IMG/VR virus record: IMGVR_UViG_3300028393_000035
Location: 1-64,000 of that record
Length of the DNA: 64,000 nucleotides
Direction: 5' to 3' (one strand)
Origin: a virus
The position numbers and the translations under genes were made by a program. Positions 56,039-64,000 of this stretch are shown piece by piece (within the stretch, counting starts at the first letter, position 1; each line of letters begins with the position of its first letter). The notes beneath the pieces were generated by a model. It saw only the letters and a program-made list of their open reading frames with translations, made no database searches and was not told the DNA's origin.

Positions 56039-56689
56039 ATGCTTAATCATAAAACACTAATATTATTCGCGCTAGTTGCGGCGATAGCACTTGCTATGAT
56101 TTGCCCATCAAATGCGAAAGCGGATCTTCCGCAAGCAAATAAAGAAGTTGTTCAATTGTTTGACAATGGTGGGGTTATTCCAGAGCAAAAACCCCCCGCC
56201 CCAATTGAAAAATGGACCGGCAAAGTAAGAATTGCTGGAATAATAAAGAAGATCAATACCGATAGCCCTTCTAAGCCTGTTGTAGAGGGTTCTAAGGCAA
56301 TTGTATATAAAGGAGAGGCCTATGCTCCAAAAGACGCACCTAAAATTGTAAAAGGCGTTATTTGGGCTGGCAACAAAATTCGTAATTTGCCCTATGTTTG
56401 GGGCGGAGGTCACGGATCATTTAGCGCATCTGGGTATGACTGCTCTGGATCAGTATCATATGCCCTTCATGGAGCTAAATTACTAGATACAACAATGACA
56501 TCCGGTGACCTAGCATCATGGGGTAGATCGGGTCCGGGTAAATGGATTACTATTTACGCCAATTCGGGTCATGTATACATGCATGTAGCCGGTATTAGGT
56601 TTGATACATCAGGAGCCAATCCTTCAAGGTGGCAGTCTGATTTAAGACCTAGTTCTGAATATTTGCTTAGACATCCAAGTAATTTATAA
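56039..56689 (+). CDS. Secreted NlpC/P60 cell-wall peptidase
   Basis: Signal peptide ending AKA; PYVWGGGH, YDCSGSVSYAL, YANSGHVY. Confidence 0.9.
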   Translation: MLNHKTLILFALVAAIALAMICPSNAKADLPQANKEVVQLFDNGGVIPEQKPPAPIEKWTGKVRIAGIIKKINTDSPSKPVVEGSKAIVYKGEAYAPKDAPKIVKGVIWAGNKIRNLPYVWGGGHGSFSASGYDCSGSVSYALHGAKLLDTTMTSGDLASWGRSGPGKWITIYANSGHVYMHVAGIRFDTSGANPSRWQSDLRPSSEYLLRHPSNL

Positions 56690-56693
56690 ATTT

Positions 56694-56717
56694 AAGGCCC
56701 TCGCAAGAGGGCCTTTT
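56694..56717 (+). terminator. Intrinsic terminator
   Basis: GGCCCTC-GCAA-GAGGGCC-TTTT. Confidence 0.85.
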
Positions 56718-56774
56718 CTTTACACTTTAATCTATTTTTTAATATATGATCAACTTAATTAACAAAGGGTAACT

Positions 56775-57347
56775 ATGGCAAAGAAAATAGGCGTAAACGA
56801 CAATGGCAGGGCTTGGATTAGTCCAGCTATAATTAAAACTCATCTTCCTTTAGGACCGGGACCATGGCGAACAGATTATAAAAATCCAACGGTAAGCGTT
56901 AAAGACATTAATTCACACAGTTACAAAGTTTTAAAAGATATTATTAATAGAGGTAATGCTATTTGTTTTAGGCCTTATAGAATGGGCGGAGGTCATGGTT
57001 TAAATTTAAATAACCATGGAGCGGTTAAGCGAAACGGCGCATGGGACTGTTCATCATCGGCTTCATGCATATTGCATCCTCATTTATATAAACCAAGTCT
57101 TGCTTGCGTCTCAGACACTTTTGCAACACTGCAAGGGTTTACGTCTAGAGGTCGTGTCAATAAACAAAAGTCTATTGTAATATATGCAAATTCAGAGCAT
57201 GTGTTTTTAGATATATGGTGGCAAGGAAGCAGAATCACTTGGGATAATTGGGGTGGCAGGGGTAGTCACACTCCATGGTACCCATCATCAGGCAGTCCTG
57301 ATAGTCCATCTGCTTACAAATATAAAATTGTACACAAAAATTTATAA
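56775..57347 (+). CDS. Second NlpC/P60-like protein, no signal peptide
   Basis: PYRMGGGH, WDCSSSAS, YANSEHVF. Confidence 0.8.
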   Translation: MAKKIGVNDNGRAWISPAIIKTHLPLGPGPWRTDYKNPTVSVKDINSHSYKVLKDIINRGNAICFRPYRMGGGHGLNLNNHGAVKRNGAWDCSSSASCILHPHLYKPSLACVSDTFATLQGFTSRGRVNKQKSIVIYANSEHVFLDIWWQGSRITWDNWGGRGSHTPWYPSSGSPDSPSAYKYKIVHKNL

Positions 57348-57365
57348 AATAATATAAATACAAAT

Positions 57366-57395
57366 AAAAAGGCCCCCATTTCTGGGGGCCTTTTC
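57366..57395. terminator. Bidirectional terminator between convergent genes
   Basis: AAAAGGCCCCCA...TGGGGGCCTTTT. Confidence 0.85.
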
Positions 57396-57420
57396 TTTAC
57401 CTCAAAGAGGAAAACTAGGA

Positions 57421-58497
57421 TCAGGCGAGGCCTGAGATGTCTAGCTTCTTGCTTGTTGTAGTGGTTGTGTAATCAGAGATTGCACCGCCCTTAACAATAC
57501 GTGAAAGGCCGCGAGCGTTAAGGATAAGCATACCAATAAGCTCGTCCATGACCCAACCCTTCCAGAATGTTTCAACATTGTGGTTCTCTTCAACGTCAAG
57601 TGAGTACATGACGGGCATAACACCGACGTAATCAGGCTCAGCGGTAAGGAATACCTCGCCCTGTGGGACGATGATTGAGCGCTGGATCTGGAATTCACCG
57701 AATGTGGTGATCTTCTCTCCACCGAATACCTTATCCTTGAACTCAAAGCCAGTTACGTTAAGATCCCAGTTGTAGAAATCGCGAGCGTCAGCAGGGTGAA
57801 TGATGACACGGCGAGCTTCAAGCTGGTTGATCTCGATCTGTGAAACAGCGCTGTAAAAGTCGCTAGGCTCAAGTGGGTTACCAGCACCGATAAGAACGGT
57901 CTGCTCACCTGATGAACCAGCGGCAATACCAGTCTGAATACCACCGGTTGGGGCGGTACCAACTGTGTTATTGTTACGTGCAGTACCAAGCTCAGCAATA
58001 GCAGCCTCAAGAAGAAGGATAAGACGGGCGTCCTCCTGCTTCTGGATTGCCTGACGGCTCTCGTCCTGCGCGAATTCAACAGCGTTTACGCGAAGGTAGT
58101 AGAGATCTTCCTTACGGATACGAGGGAACGTAGCGATACGGAAAAGCTGAGGGAAAGCCTGCTTGCCCTCAAATGGTGTGATCTTAACTTCCGAGTCGGT
58201 CTGGTTAAGGATATAAGCCCTGCCCAGATCGTCAAGGATGTCGTAAGGCATAAGTGGACCGCGCTCAAGAGTATCTTCAATAAGAACATTACGAGTAATA
58301 CCCTCATAACGAAGACGAATCTGAATGGGACCGATCATACCCTGACCGATGCGGCGCATTGCGTTCGATGAATCCTTTAGGATTGACTGAAGCTTCTGAG
58401 CCTTTGCTTCCTTGGTAAGCTTAGGTGCGTTAGCAAGCTTAGCCTCGTAGTCGGCTGATGAAACAGCCTTGCGTGATGTAATTTCCATATTAATCAT
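57421..58497 (-). CDS. Major capsid protein (HK97 fold, Bxz1-like)
   Basis: MIGPIQIRLRYEGITRNVLIED...YDILDDLG...ITPFEGK...KEDLYYLR, recalled as cluster-C-type MCP. Confidence 0.92.
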   Translation of the reverse strand: MINMEITSRKAVSSADYEAKLANAPKLTKEAKAQKLQSILKDSSNAMRRIGQGMIGPIQIRLRYEGITRNVLIEDTLERGPLMPYDILDDLGRAYILNQTDSEVKITPFEGKQAFPQLFRIATFPRIRKEDLYYLRVNAVEFAQDESRQAIQKQEDARLILLLEAAIAELGTARNNNTVGTAPTGGIQTGIAAGSSGEQTVLIGAGNPLEPSDFYSAVSQIEINQLEARRVIIHPADARDFYNWDLNVTGFEFKDKVFGGEKITTFGEFQIQRSIIVPQGEVFLTAEPDYVGVMPVMYSLDVEENHNVETFWKGWVMDELIGMLILNARGLSRIVKGGAISDYTTTTTSKKLDISGLA

Positions 58498-58506
58498 ATT
58501 CCTTTC

Positions 58507-59136
58507 TTATACCATTAGGTCCACGATAATACGGGATGTGCTAGGTACTTCAATTAAACGAGCGACTGGAATTGAACCAACGCCATCGTCGGTATTACGA
58601 ACAGCATCGTCATTAGCATAGCTACGAGTGCCGGGCTTAGCAGTAACGGGAGTAGTTGTAAGACGACCATCGGCACCGGCATAAAGGTAAACGTTACCAC
58701 TGGTACCATCTACTGTTGGTGCTGCAATAGTGCCAAAGGCAGGAGCAAGAATCTCAAAAGTTGAATCAGGACCGCGCCAAGCGCCAACCTGATTCTGTAG
58801 TGAGTCACCTGCAAAACCTTCATCAAGGTCTCCACCAACAAAGTTGGCAAGAAGGCCAAATGGACGCTCGCCTACTGCTCCAGTGGCGATTGTTACCTGA
58901 TCAGTTCCCTTAACGCGAACAAGAACGATACCGGCAGGAACTGAGTTAGCTCCTGAACCAGCGGCCTTGTATGCGCCAGAAGGAATCTGAAGCGAACCAT
59001 CAGCGGCACGAAATCCTGCTGAGCCGTCTGACTTTGTGTACAGAGTCGCAGCATAAGGCGTAGCCTGAGTATTTGCATACAATGGCCGACAAGTGCGCTT
59101 CTGATACTTATTAGCTAGATTCTTTAGTCTAAGCAT
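58507..59136 (-). CDS. Capsid decoration/minor capsid protein
   Basis: RPLYANTQATPYA, PFGLLANFV; directly upstream of MCP. Confidence 0.7.
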   Translation of the reverse strand: MLRLKNLANKYQKRTCRPLYANTQATPYAATLYTKSDGSAGFRAADGSLQIPSGAYKAAGSGANSVPAGIVLVRVKGTDQVTIATGAVGERPFGLLANFVGGDLDEGFAGDSLQNQVGAWRGPDSTFEILAPAFGTIAAPTVDGTSGNVYLYAGADGRLTTTPVTAKPGTRSYANDDAVRNTDDGVGSIPVARLIEVPSTSRIIVDLMV

Positions 59137-59253
59137 ATTATGTATTTTCCTATTTTGTCTTTGTGATTTTAGTTTCACGCCTTGTGGGCGCTACGCCGTT
59201 TCAATTGTTTCTAGACGGCGGATTGTAAAAATAAAGTATTATTTCCTTTTTTC

Positions 59254-61950
59254 TTACATAAACAGAGCAGAATCATCAGAATCTGCTTGAGTTGTTGCAG
59301 GAGCAGTACTTGCCTCCCTAACTAGAGACGGAAGTCTCTTAGCTGTCCGCGCCGACTTCTTAAGGCCCGCTGTCTTAACGCGATTAGCGTAAGCCAGTGA
59401 AGCCTCAACAATTGCGGGCGCTGCCTTTTCAAGCTCAGCAACTCTTGCATACTTCTGTGAAGCGTCAAGAATGCCAAGTTCGATCTCAGTATCAGCCAGC
59501 TTGAAAGCTGACATGATGTGAGCGGTGCTATCATTACCATCACCAAAAGCGTGATCCTTAGAATCAACACCAGTTGGGTAAAATTCCTTACTATTCTGAT
59601 CGTGGTAAAAACTCTTGCTTGAAGGGTCTACTGGATCAGCTTGACGAGTAACCGCGCTATTGCCATCTGGGAAAGTAGCCGTTGGGCCAGAATCCTGAGT
59701 GGTAATTGCATATGGTCCCTTGTCATCTGTTACACTAATGCGGTCATCGGCCTTACCAATTGGATCGGAAGGCTCTGCACCGCGAACATCTGATACAACC
59801 CATGATGAAGCCTTTGCTGCTGGCTCATGCATTGTAAGAGGCGTAGCGCTATCTGAATTAAATACCTGATAGCTACTTACGTCAGTTACAGGGTCATGCT
59901 GACCAAGTGAGTCACCCTTATCGCCATGGAAAGTATCCGTATGGATAGCTTCAATGTTCTTTGAGTGTTCATCGCCCTGATCAACTTCTACTGTCTTTTC
60001 ATCGCCAGTGCCAACACCGGAAATGCCACCGATATCGGTAACATTAACCTGAGCGTCAGCCTTGGATGCGTCTTCATTTGAAGCTCCACCAACGCCACCA
60101 GTTCCGACTACATCAGTATTGTAGTCAGGCTTGGCAACAGCCGGTGCGCTTGTCATTGCGTCAGCGATATGTGTTTCCATGTTGTTCCTTTTTCTGTTAC
60201 CAGCAGCCGCAAGGAAATCCGATGCGGTGCGAACTGATGATGTGACGGGCTTTTGAGGGTCCTTCACAACATAGTCTTGCGGCTCATTAGACGCTGGTGG
60301 CGTCTGAACCGGAAGTATTGGTCGTTCAATTTTATTGATTTGTGAAATTTTTGTATCGGATACTGTCCATCCGGCATCTGTTACATGAGAGAGCGTAGGC
60401 AAATTATTAGTATCAACGTCTAAAGTTGATAAAGATTCTTCATTTGCCTCTTCTGATTCGTCATGCCTTTTAGCGGCAGTAAGATCAGGATCGCCAAAAC
60501 CTTCAGGTTCTGCTTCATAACCACAAACGTCGCACTGTGGACCATCCATAATTTCGCCACAAATATCGCAAACCTTATCCTCGCGCAAAGTATCTACTTC
60601 TTCAGGAGCGCGAGTTTTAGTGATCTGTGGCTTATCATTAGAAGTTTTTTCACTCTTATCATGACCGACCTCTTTGCCAACAACGGATTCGGCCCAAGAA
60701 CGACCTGAATCTCCGCCCCAAAGCATCCAAGCAGTCTTCCAAGGTGAGTTGCCCTTGCCGCCATCATCTGGGCGAGTCTTGTCATGACGCTCAAAGAATG
60801 AATGCATACGCTTAACATGATCAAGGCTTAGAGCCTTGCCTGAAGCGATATCATGAGCGCGACCCTTGGTTGCAGATTCAAGACCGTCGCCAGCCTCGCC
60901 AGCTTCAACCATTTCAAGGCCGCGCTTAGCATTGTTCTGTACGGACTCTGGTGGAACAAATCCTTCAGATGAGTTCTTTTCCTGTTTATTCTTTTTCTTA
61001 TTCATTGTTGCGTAAAAAACTTCCTTGCCTTTTTCTTCACCATACTGATCAATCATTGAATCGTAAGCCTTCTTAGCAGCACCTGTGCCGCCAAAGTATT
61101 TGTCATACTCACTAATTGGAGCAAATTTATTCATTGAAGCTTCCTTTACATTTGAGCGAACCTCGCGGATAAGAGCAGTCTCATCGGCGGGATCAAATAC
61201 TGCTGAAATCTCAAAGAACTTAATGCCGTAGCAATCCTCATATGATTTCTTTGAAGTTTTATGACCCGTCTCAGGATCGATGTAATCGCACATAGCGCCC
61301 TTCATGCGAACATGGTTACAAAATTCATCAGGAGTAGTAGCAGAGTTTTTGCAAATATTGCAAACGGAGCGCTCAACGTCGCATCCCATTGAGAATCCAT
61401 CAATGCCGCTCTTAGCATTCTTTGATCCATCAATGATTGCCTTAGCAAGCTTGGGAAATGATTTAGCATCAACTTCAAGAAGAAGCTCAACCCAAGTTGG
61501 AGGAGTATGATTAGCTGGGGCATCGCGATAATAAGAATCTTTTTGAGCAGCAGTCTTATGATCGTCTACATGAAGCTTGGCATCAACAATGACTCCACGG
61601 GCGCGTGAAGGATCAGAGTTATGATGATCGACAAAGATTGGCTTGCCAAGGAAAGTAGAAAAACCATACTGATCGCTGGCATTAGCATTAACAGTAAATC
61701 CGCCAGTAGAAGAAGTATGACGATCAAAAACATCTTGGCCGCCAGCAAGCTCTACTGAGGGCCAACCATCATGATTTTTATTAACCCTTGAAGAAATGGC
61801 ACGAATACGAGCGTAAAGATAACCATCTTCAGTACGATAATCCTCAAAAGCAGCAATCTTAGAAAGAGAAGCAGAAGCGTCGCGCTCTGCGGAACCCTTG
61901 ATCTCTAAAACTTTGCTAACCTCTAAAGAGGCGTATTTTGTGAATGCCAT
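59254..61950 (-). CDS. Capsid maturation protease-scaffold fusion
   Basis: NKNHDGW, TFLGKPIFVDH, FSMGC..CNIC..C.H, FFEISAVFDPADETA; long acidic tail. Confidence 0.85.
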   Translation of the reverse strand: MAFTKYASLEVSKVLEIKGSAERDASASLSKIAAFEDYRTEDGYLYARIRAISSRVNKNHDGWPSVELAGGQDVFDRHTSSTGGFTVNANASDQYGFSTFLGKPIFVDHHNSDPSRARGVIVDAKLHVDDHKTAAQKDSYYRDAPANHTPPTWVELLLEVDAKSFPKLAKAIIDGSKNAKSGIDGFSMGCDVERSVCNICKNSATTPDEFCNHVRMKGAMCDYIDPETGHKTSKKSYEDCYGIKFFEISAVFDPADETALIREVRSNVKEASMNKFAPISEYDKYFGGTGAAKKAYDSMIDQYGEEKGKEVFYATMNKKKNKQEKNSSEGFVPPESVQNNAKRGLEMVEAGEAGDGLESATKGRAHDIASGKALSLDHVKRMHSFFERHDKTRPDDGGKGNSPWKTAWMLWGGDSGRSWAESVVGKEVGHDKSEKTSNDKPQITKTRAPEEVDTLREDKVCDICGEIMDGPQCDVCGYEAEPEGFGDPDLTAAKRHDESEEANEESLSTLDVDTNNLPTLSHVTDAGWTVSDTKISQINKIERPILPVQTPPASNEPQDYVVKDPQKPVTSSVRTASDFLAAAGNRKRNNMETHIADAMTSAPAVAKPDYNTDVVGTGGVGGASNEDASKADAQVNVTDIGGISGVGTGDEKTVEVDQGDEHSKNIEAIHTDTFHGDKGDSLGQHDPVTDVSSYQVFNSDSATPLTMHEPAAKASSWVVSDVRGAEPSDPIGKADDRISVTDDKGPYAITTQDSGPTATFPDGNSAVTRQADPVDPSSKSFYHDQNSKEFYPTGVDSKDHAFGDGNDSTAHIMSAFKLADTEIELGILDASQKYARVAELEKAAPAIVEASLAYANRVKTAGLKKSARTAKRLPSLVREASTAPATTQADSDDSALFM

Positions 61951-61979
61951 ATCGCCTCTTAAGTGTGGGATAAACTAAA

Positions 61980-62156
61980 TTATTTAGTTACAATATCCCG
62001 AATTGACTTTTCTGCGTCATAAGTTAATGACTTAAAGGTAGCCTTGCAACCCTTTTCTTGACGCTCAGGGAGACCCCAAGATTCAATAAGACCTAGAACC
62101 CGACCCCGAAGAGTATTAAACTCTTTAATAATAATTTCTTCAGAGTCAAGGCTCAT
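61980..62156 (-). CDS. Small hypothetical protein, 58 aa (not in ORF track)
   Basis: MSLDSEEIIIKEFNTLRGRVLGLIESWGLPERQEKGCKATFKSLTYDAEKSIRDIVTK; abuts upstream stop. Confidence 0.65.
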   Translation of the reverse strand: MSLDSEEIIIKEFNTLRGRVLGLIESWGLPERQEKGCKATFKSLTYDAEKSIRDIVTK

Positions 62157-62157
62157 T

Positions 62158-63162
62158 TTATCGAGTCACTAAAGCGTGAATATAATCCCCGTCACGCTTA
62201 ATGCGAGCAACGCGGAAACCCTTGTAAGTATTTTCAAGCTGAGCCTTAGCCATTCTAATGCTTACATCGCGATTAGGATCGGCCTTGGAGGCTGTAAATG
62301 ACATCACTGGGCCTGAAGCTGAAGGTGATGCAGGAGCCATTGCATTTGATCCTGTTGAAGCTCCGCAAGAGCATGGACGACCGGGAGGGCAAGTGCAGCT
62401 TTGACTGGCCATAGGAGCGCCTACTGGACCTGAGGCAGTGCCTGTAGCAGGAGTTGCGGGAGTCATTGGAGCATTAGCTTCGCGCTTGCTGTCGCAATGC
62501 TCGCAAGAACCCTTTTCGCATTCGCCTTCGCAATTAGCAGTCTTAACTGAAGCAAATGCGGGTGAGCCAACAGGGGTCATACCGGGCTTATTAGGAACCT
62601 CACCGGGCTTAAGCTTTGCGCCAGATCCGGGAGGAAGTGGATCTGGCTTTTTAGGACCCTTAGGTGCAGGTGCAGCAGGAAGATCAGCAGAAGGACCCTC
62701 TGGCATTTCATCCATATCTTCGCCCTTTTCGCTAATTCCAAGAGCATCAAGAAGAAGGTCAATCTTCTTTTCAAGTTCAGCAATCTTCTTATCCTCTGAG
62801 CGCTCATGCTTTTCTTCATGATCCTCATGCTCATGCTCTTCAATCTCTTCAAGAGGGGATTCGCTCATTTCGTGTTTATCCTCATGAAGATCGGCGGGCG
62901 ATTCATCAATATCTTCAAACGCGCCAGCGGCAGTCTTTTTGCAATGCTGACAACCCTTATCTTCGCAATGCTCGCAAGGCTTTACATCTTCGCTGGAAGT
63001 CTTAGGAACGAGGAGCTTGGCAACCCAATGACCACCTTGATTATGAATGCTAGCAATCTTGGTTCCGGGCTGGAACTGACGATGATTTTGAAGCGAAAGA
63101 AGAGCCTCATTTTGAGTGAGTCCTGAAGCGGACTTAACGATACGGGTTGTATAATTCATCAC
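62158..63162 (-). CDS. Low-complexity head-region protein with Cys clusters and His/Glu tract
   Basis: CEHCEDKGCQHC, CEGECEKGSCEHC, CTCPPGRPCSC, EHEHEDHEEKHE. Confidence 0.7.
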   Translation of the reverse strand: MMNYTTRIVKSASGLTQNEALLSLQNHRQFQPGTKIASIHNQGGHWVAKLLVPKTSSEDVKPCEHCEDKGCQHCKKTAAGAFEDIDESPADLHEDKHEMSESPLEEIEEHEHEDHEEKHERSEDKKIAELEKKIDLLLDALGISEKGEDMDEMPEGPSADLPAAPAPKGPKKPDPLPPGSGAKLKPGEVPNKPGMTPVGSPAFASVKTANCEGECEKGSCEHCDSKREANAPMTPATPATGTASGPVGAPMASQSCTCPPGRPCSCGASTGSNAMAPASPSASGPVMSFTASKADPNRDVSIRMAKAQLENTYKGFRVARIKRDGDYIHALVTR

Positions 63163-63194
63163 TTGTTATCCTTTAGATTTAAGTTGTTTTAAAG

Positions 63195-64000
63195 TCAGCA
63201 ACCGAAAAGAAAATAATCGGGATCTGAATCGGCATAGTGAGTGCCTTCTAAATTAAGTTTGTCTGCATTGCGAGCTTCGCCATACTCATCAATAAGTTCG
63301 CGCTGCTGCATTGGAGTGTAATGTTTTCCAGCAACCTTACTTCCAATTTGAATATGAGGTGTTGAAAGGTCAGTTGATTCGCCGGGAACCGGCACTGGCT
63401 TAGAATCCATATTTTCTTCAATGCCAGCAGGATTCTCTTCTGATCCAAAATCAGTTGAAACAAAACGATAACCGTTAAGATCTGCTTCTTGACGATCAAT
63501 TTCAATTGTGGTACGAAGCCCGCCATTAGATTCAATTTCATAAACGATGGAATCGGGCTTAACTTCAACTACGCGACCAACATCTGGAATTTCATAGTTA
63601 TGAGCATAAATTTCATACTCTTTACCTTCTTCAAGAGGTTCGCCAGAATCGTCTGCCCAAGTATGAGTAGAATCATCCTCTTCCAATTCTTCAGGCTCGC
63701 TAAAAGAATCAACAGATCCGGGCATAACTTCCATTGGACCTTCATCAAGATTTAAAGCCTGATAAAAGCTAGAAGTTGTGCTTGTATCGGTTGAAGTACC
63801 ATCGGAAGGAATTAAGTTTTTATCATTCCATTTATGACCGCATGAACGGCATTCGCATTTACCAGTAGACTGATTTACAACACCAGTAGTGTGACCATCG
63901 CACTTAGGACATGTACTAGCGGCAGAATCAGCAGCATGCTTAAGAATAGATTTAAGCATATCGTTTCTTACGCTAGACATGATTGGAGGCGGCATTGCAC
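63195..64000 (-). CDS. Acidic head-region protein with Zn ribbon (probably 5'-partial)
   Basis: CPKC...CRSCGHKW; frame open to window edge. Confidence 0.7.
   Translation of the reverse strand, partial: AMPPPIMSSVRNDMLKSILKHAADSAASTCPKCDGHTTGVVNQSTGKCECRSCGHKWNDKNLIPSDGTSTDTSTTSSFYQALNLDEGPMEVMPGSVDSFSEPEELEEDDSTHTWADDSGEPLEEGKEYEIYAHNYEIPDVGRVVEVKPDSIVYEIESNGGLRTTIEIDRQEADLNGYRFVSTDFGSEENPAGIEENMDSKPVPVPGESTDLSTPHIQIGSKVAGKHYTPMQQRELIDEYGEARNADKLNLEGTHYADSDPDYFLFGC

Noticed and set aside
1-64000. Alternative genetic code or stop-codon reassignment
   Set aside because: Genes are full length under the standard code, all three stops are used, and no suppressor tRNA was found

Overview
A 64-kb internal segment of a large, AT-rich myovirus related to Bxz1/cluster C mycobacteriophages (judged from recall of the major capsid, hub and DnaE-type replication genes), probably infecting an actinobacterium, possibly Thermoleophilia/Solirubrobacterales. 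Layout: (1) 1-10.5 kb, minus strand: partial tail fibre, small genes, holin, three-domain endolysin, deaminase, six tRNAs (CAT, Ile-TAT, fMet, Leu-CAA, Tyr-GTA, Arg-TCT), a large glycoside hydrolase and class II ribonucleotide reductase; (2) 10.9-26.6 kb, plus strand: replication/recombination block (DnaC, DnaB, DnaG, SSB, DnaE, RecA, two resolvases, Cas4-like nuclease, sigma-region-4 protein, SNF2 helicase); (3) 26.6-64 kb, mostly minus strand: baseplate, contractile tail, neck and capsid genes. The most striking feature is an apparently split baseplate hub: three tandem paralogous N-terminal hub halves, each ending in a different cell-wall enzyme (SGNH esterase + amidase; NlpC/P60; RlpA-like DPBB), followed by one separately encoded C-terminal half with its own putative late promoter. 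This suggests a heterotrimeric multi-enzyme hub. Also seen: a recurring candidate late-promoter motif (C-N6-DTAAT), a -1 frameshift site with pseudoknot in the tail chaperone, atypical tRNAs and three candidate structured RNAs. All product calls come from motif recognition, not database searches.
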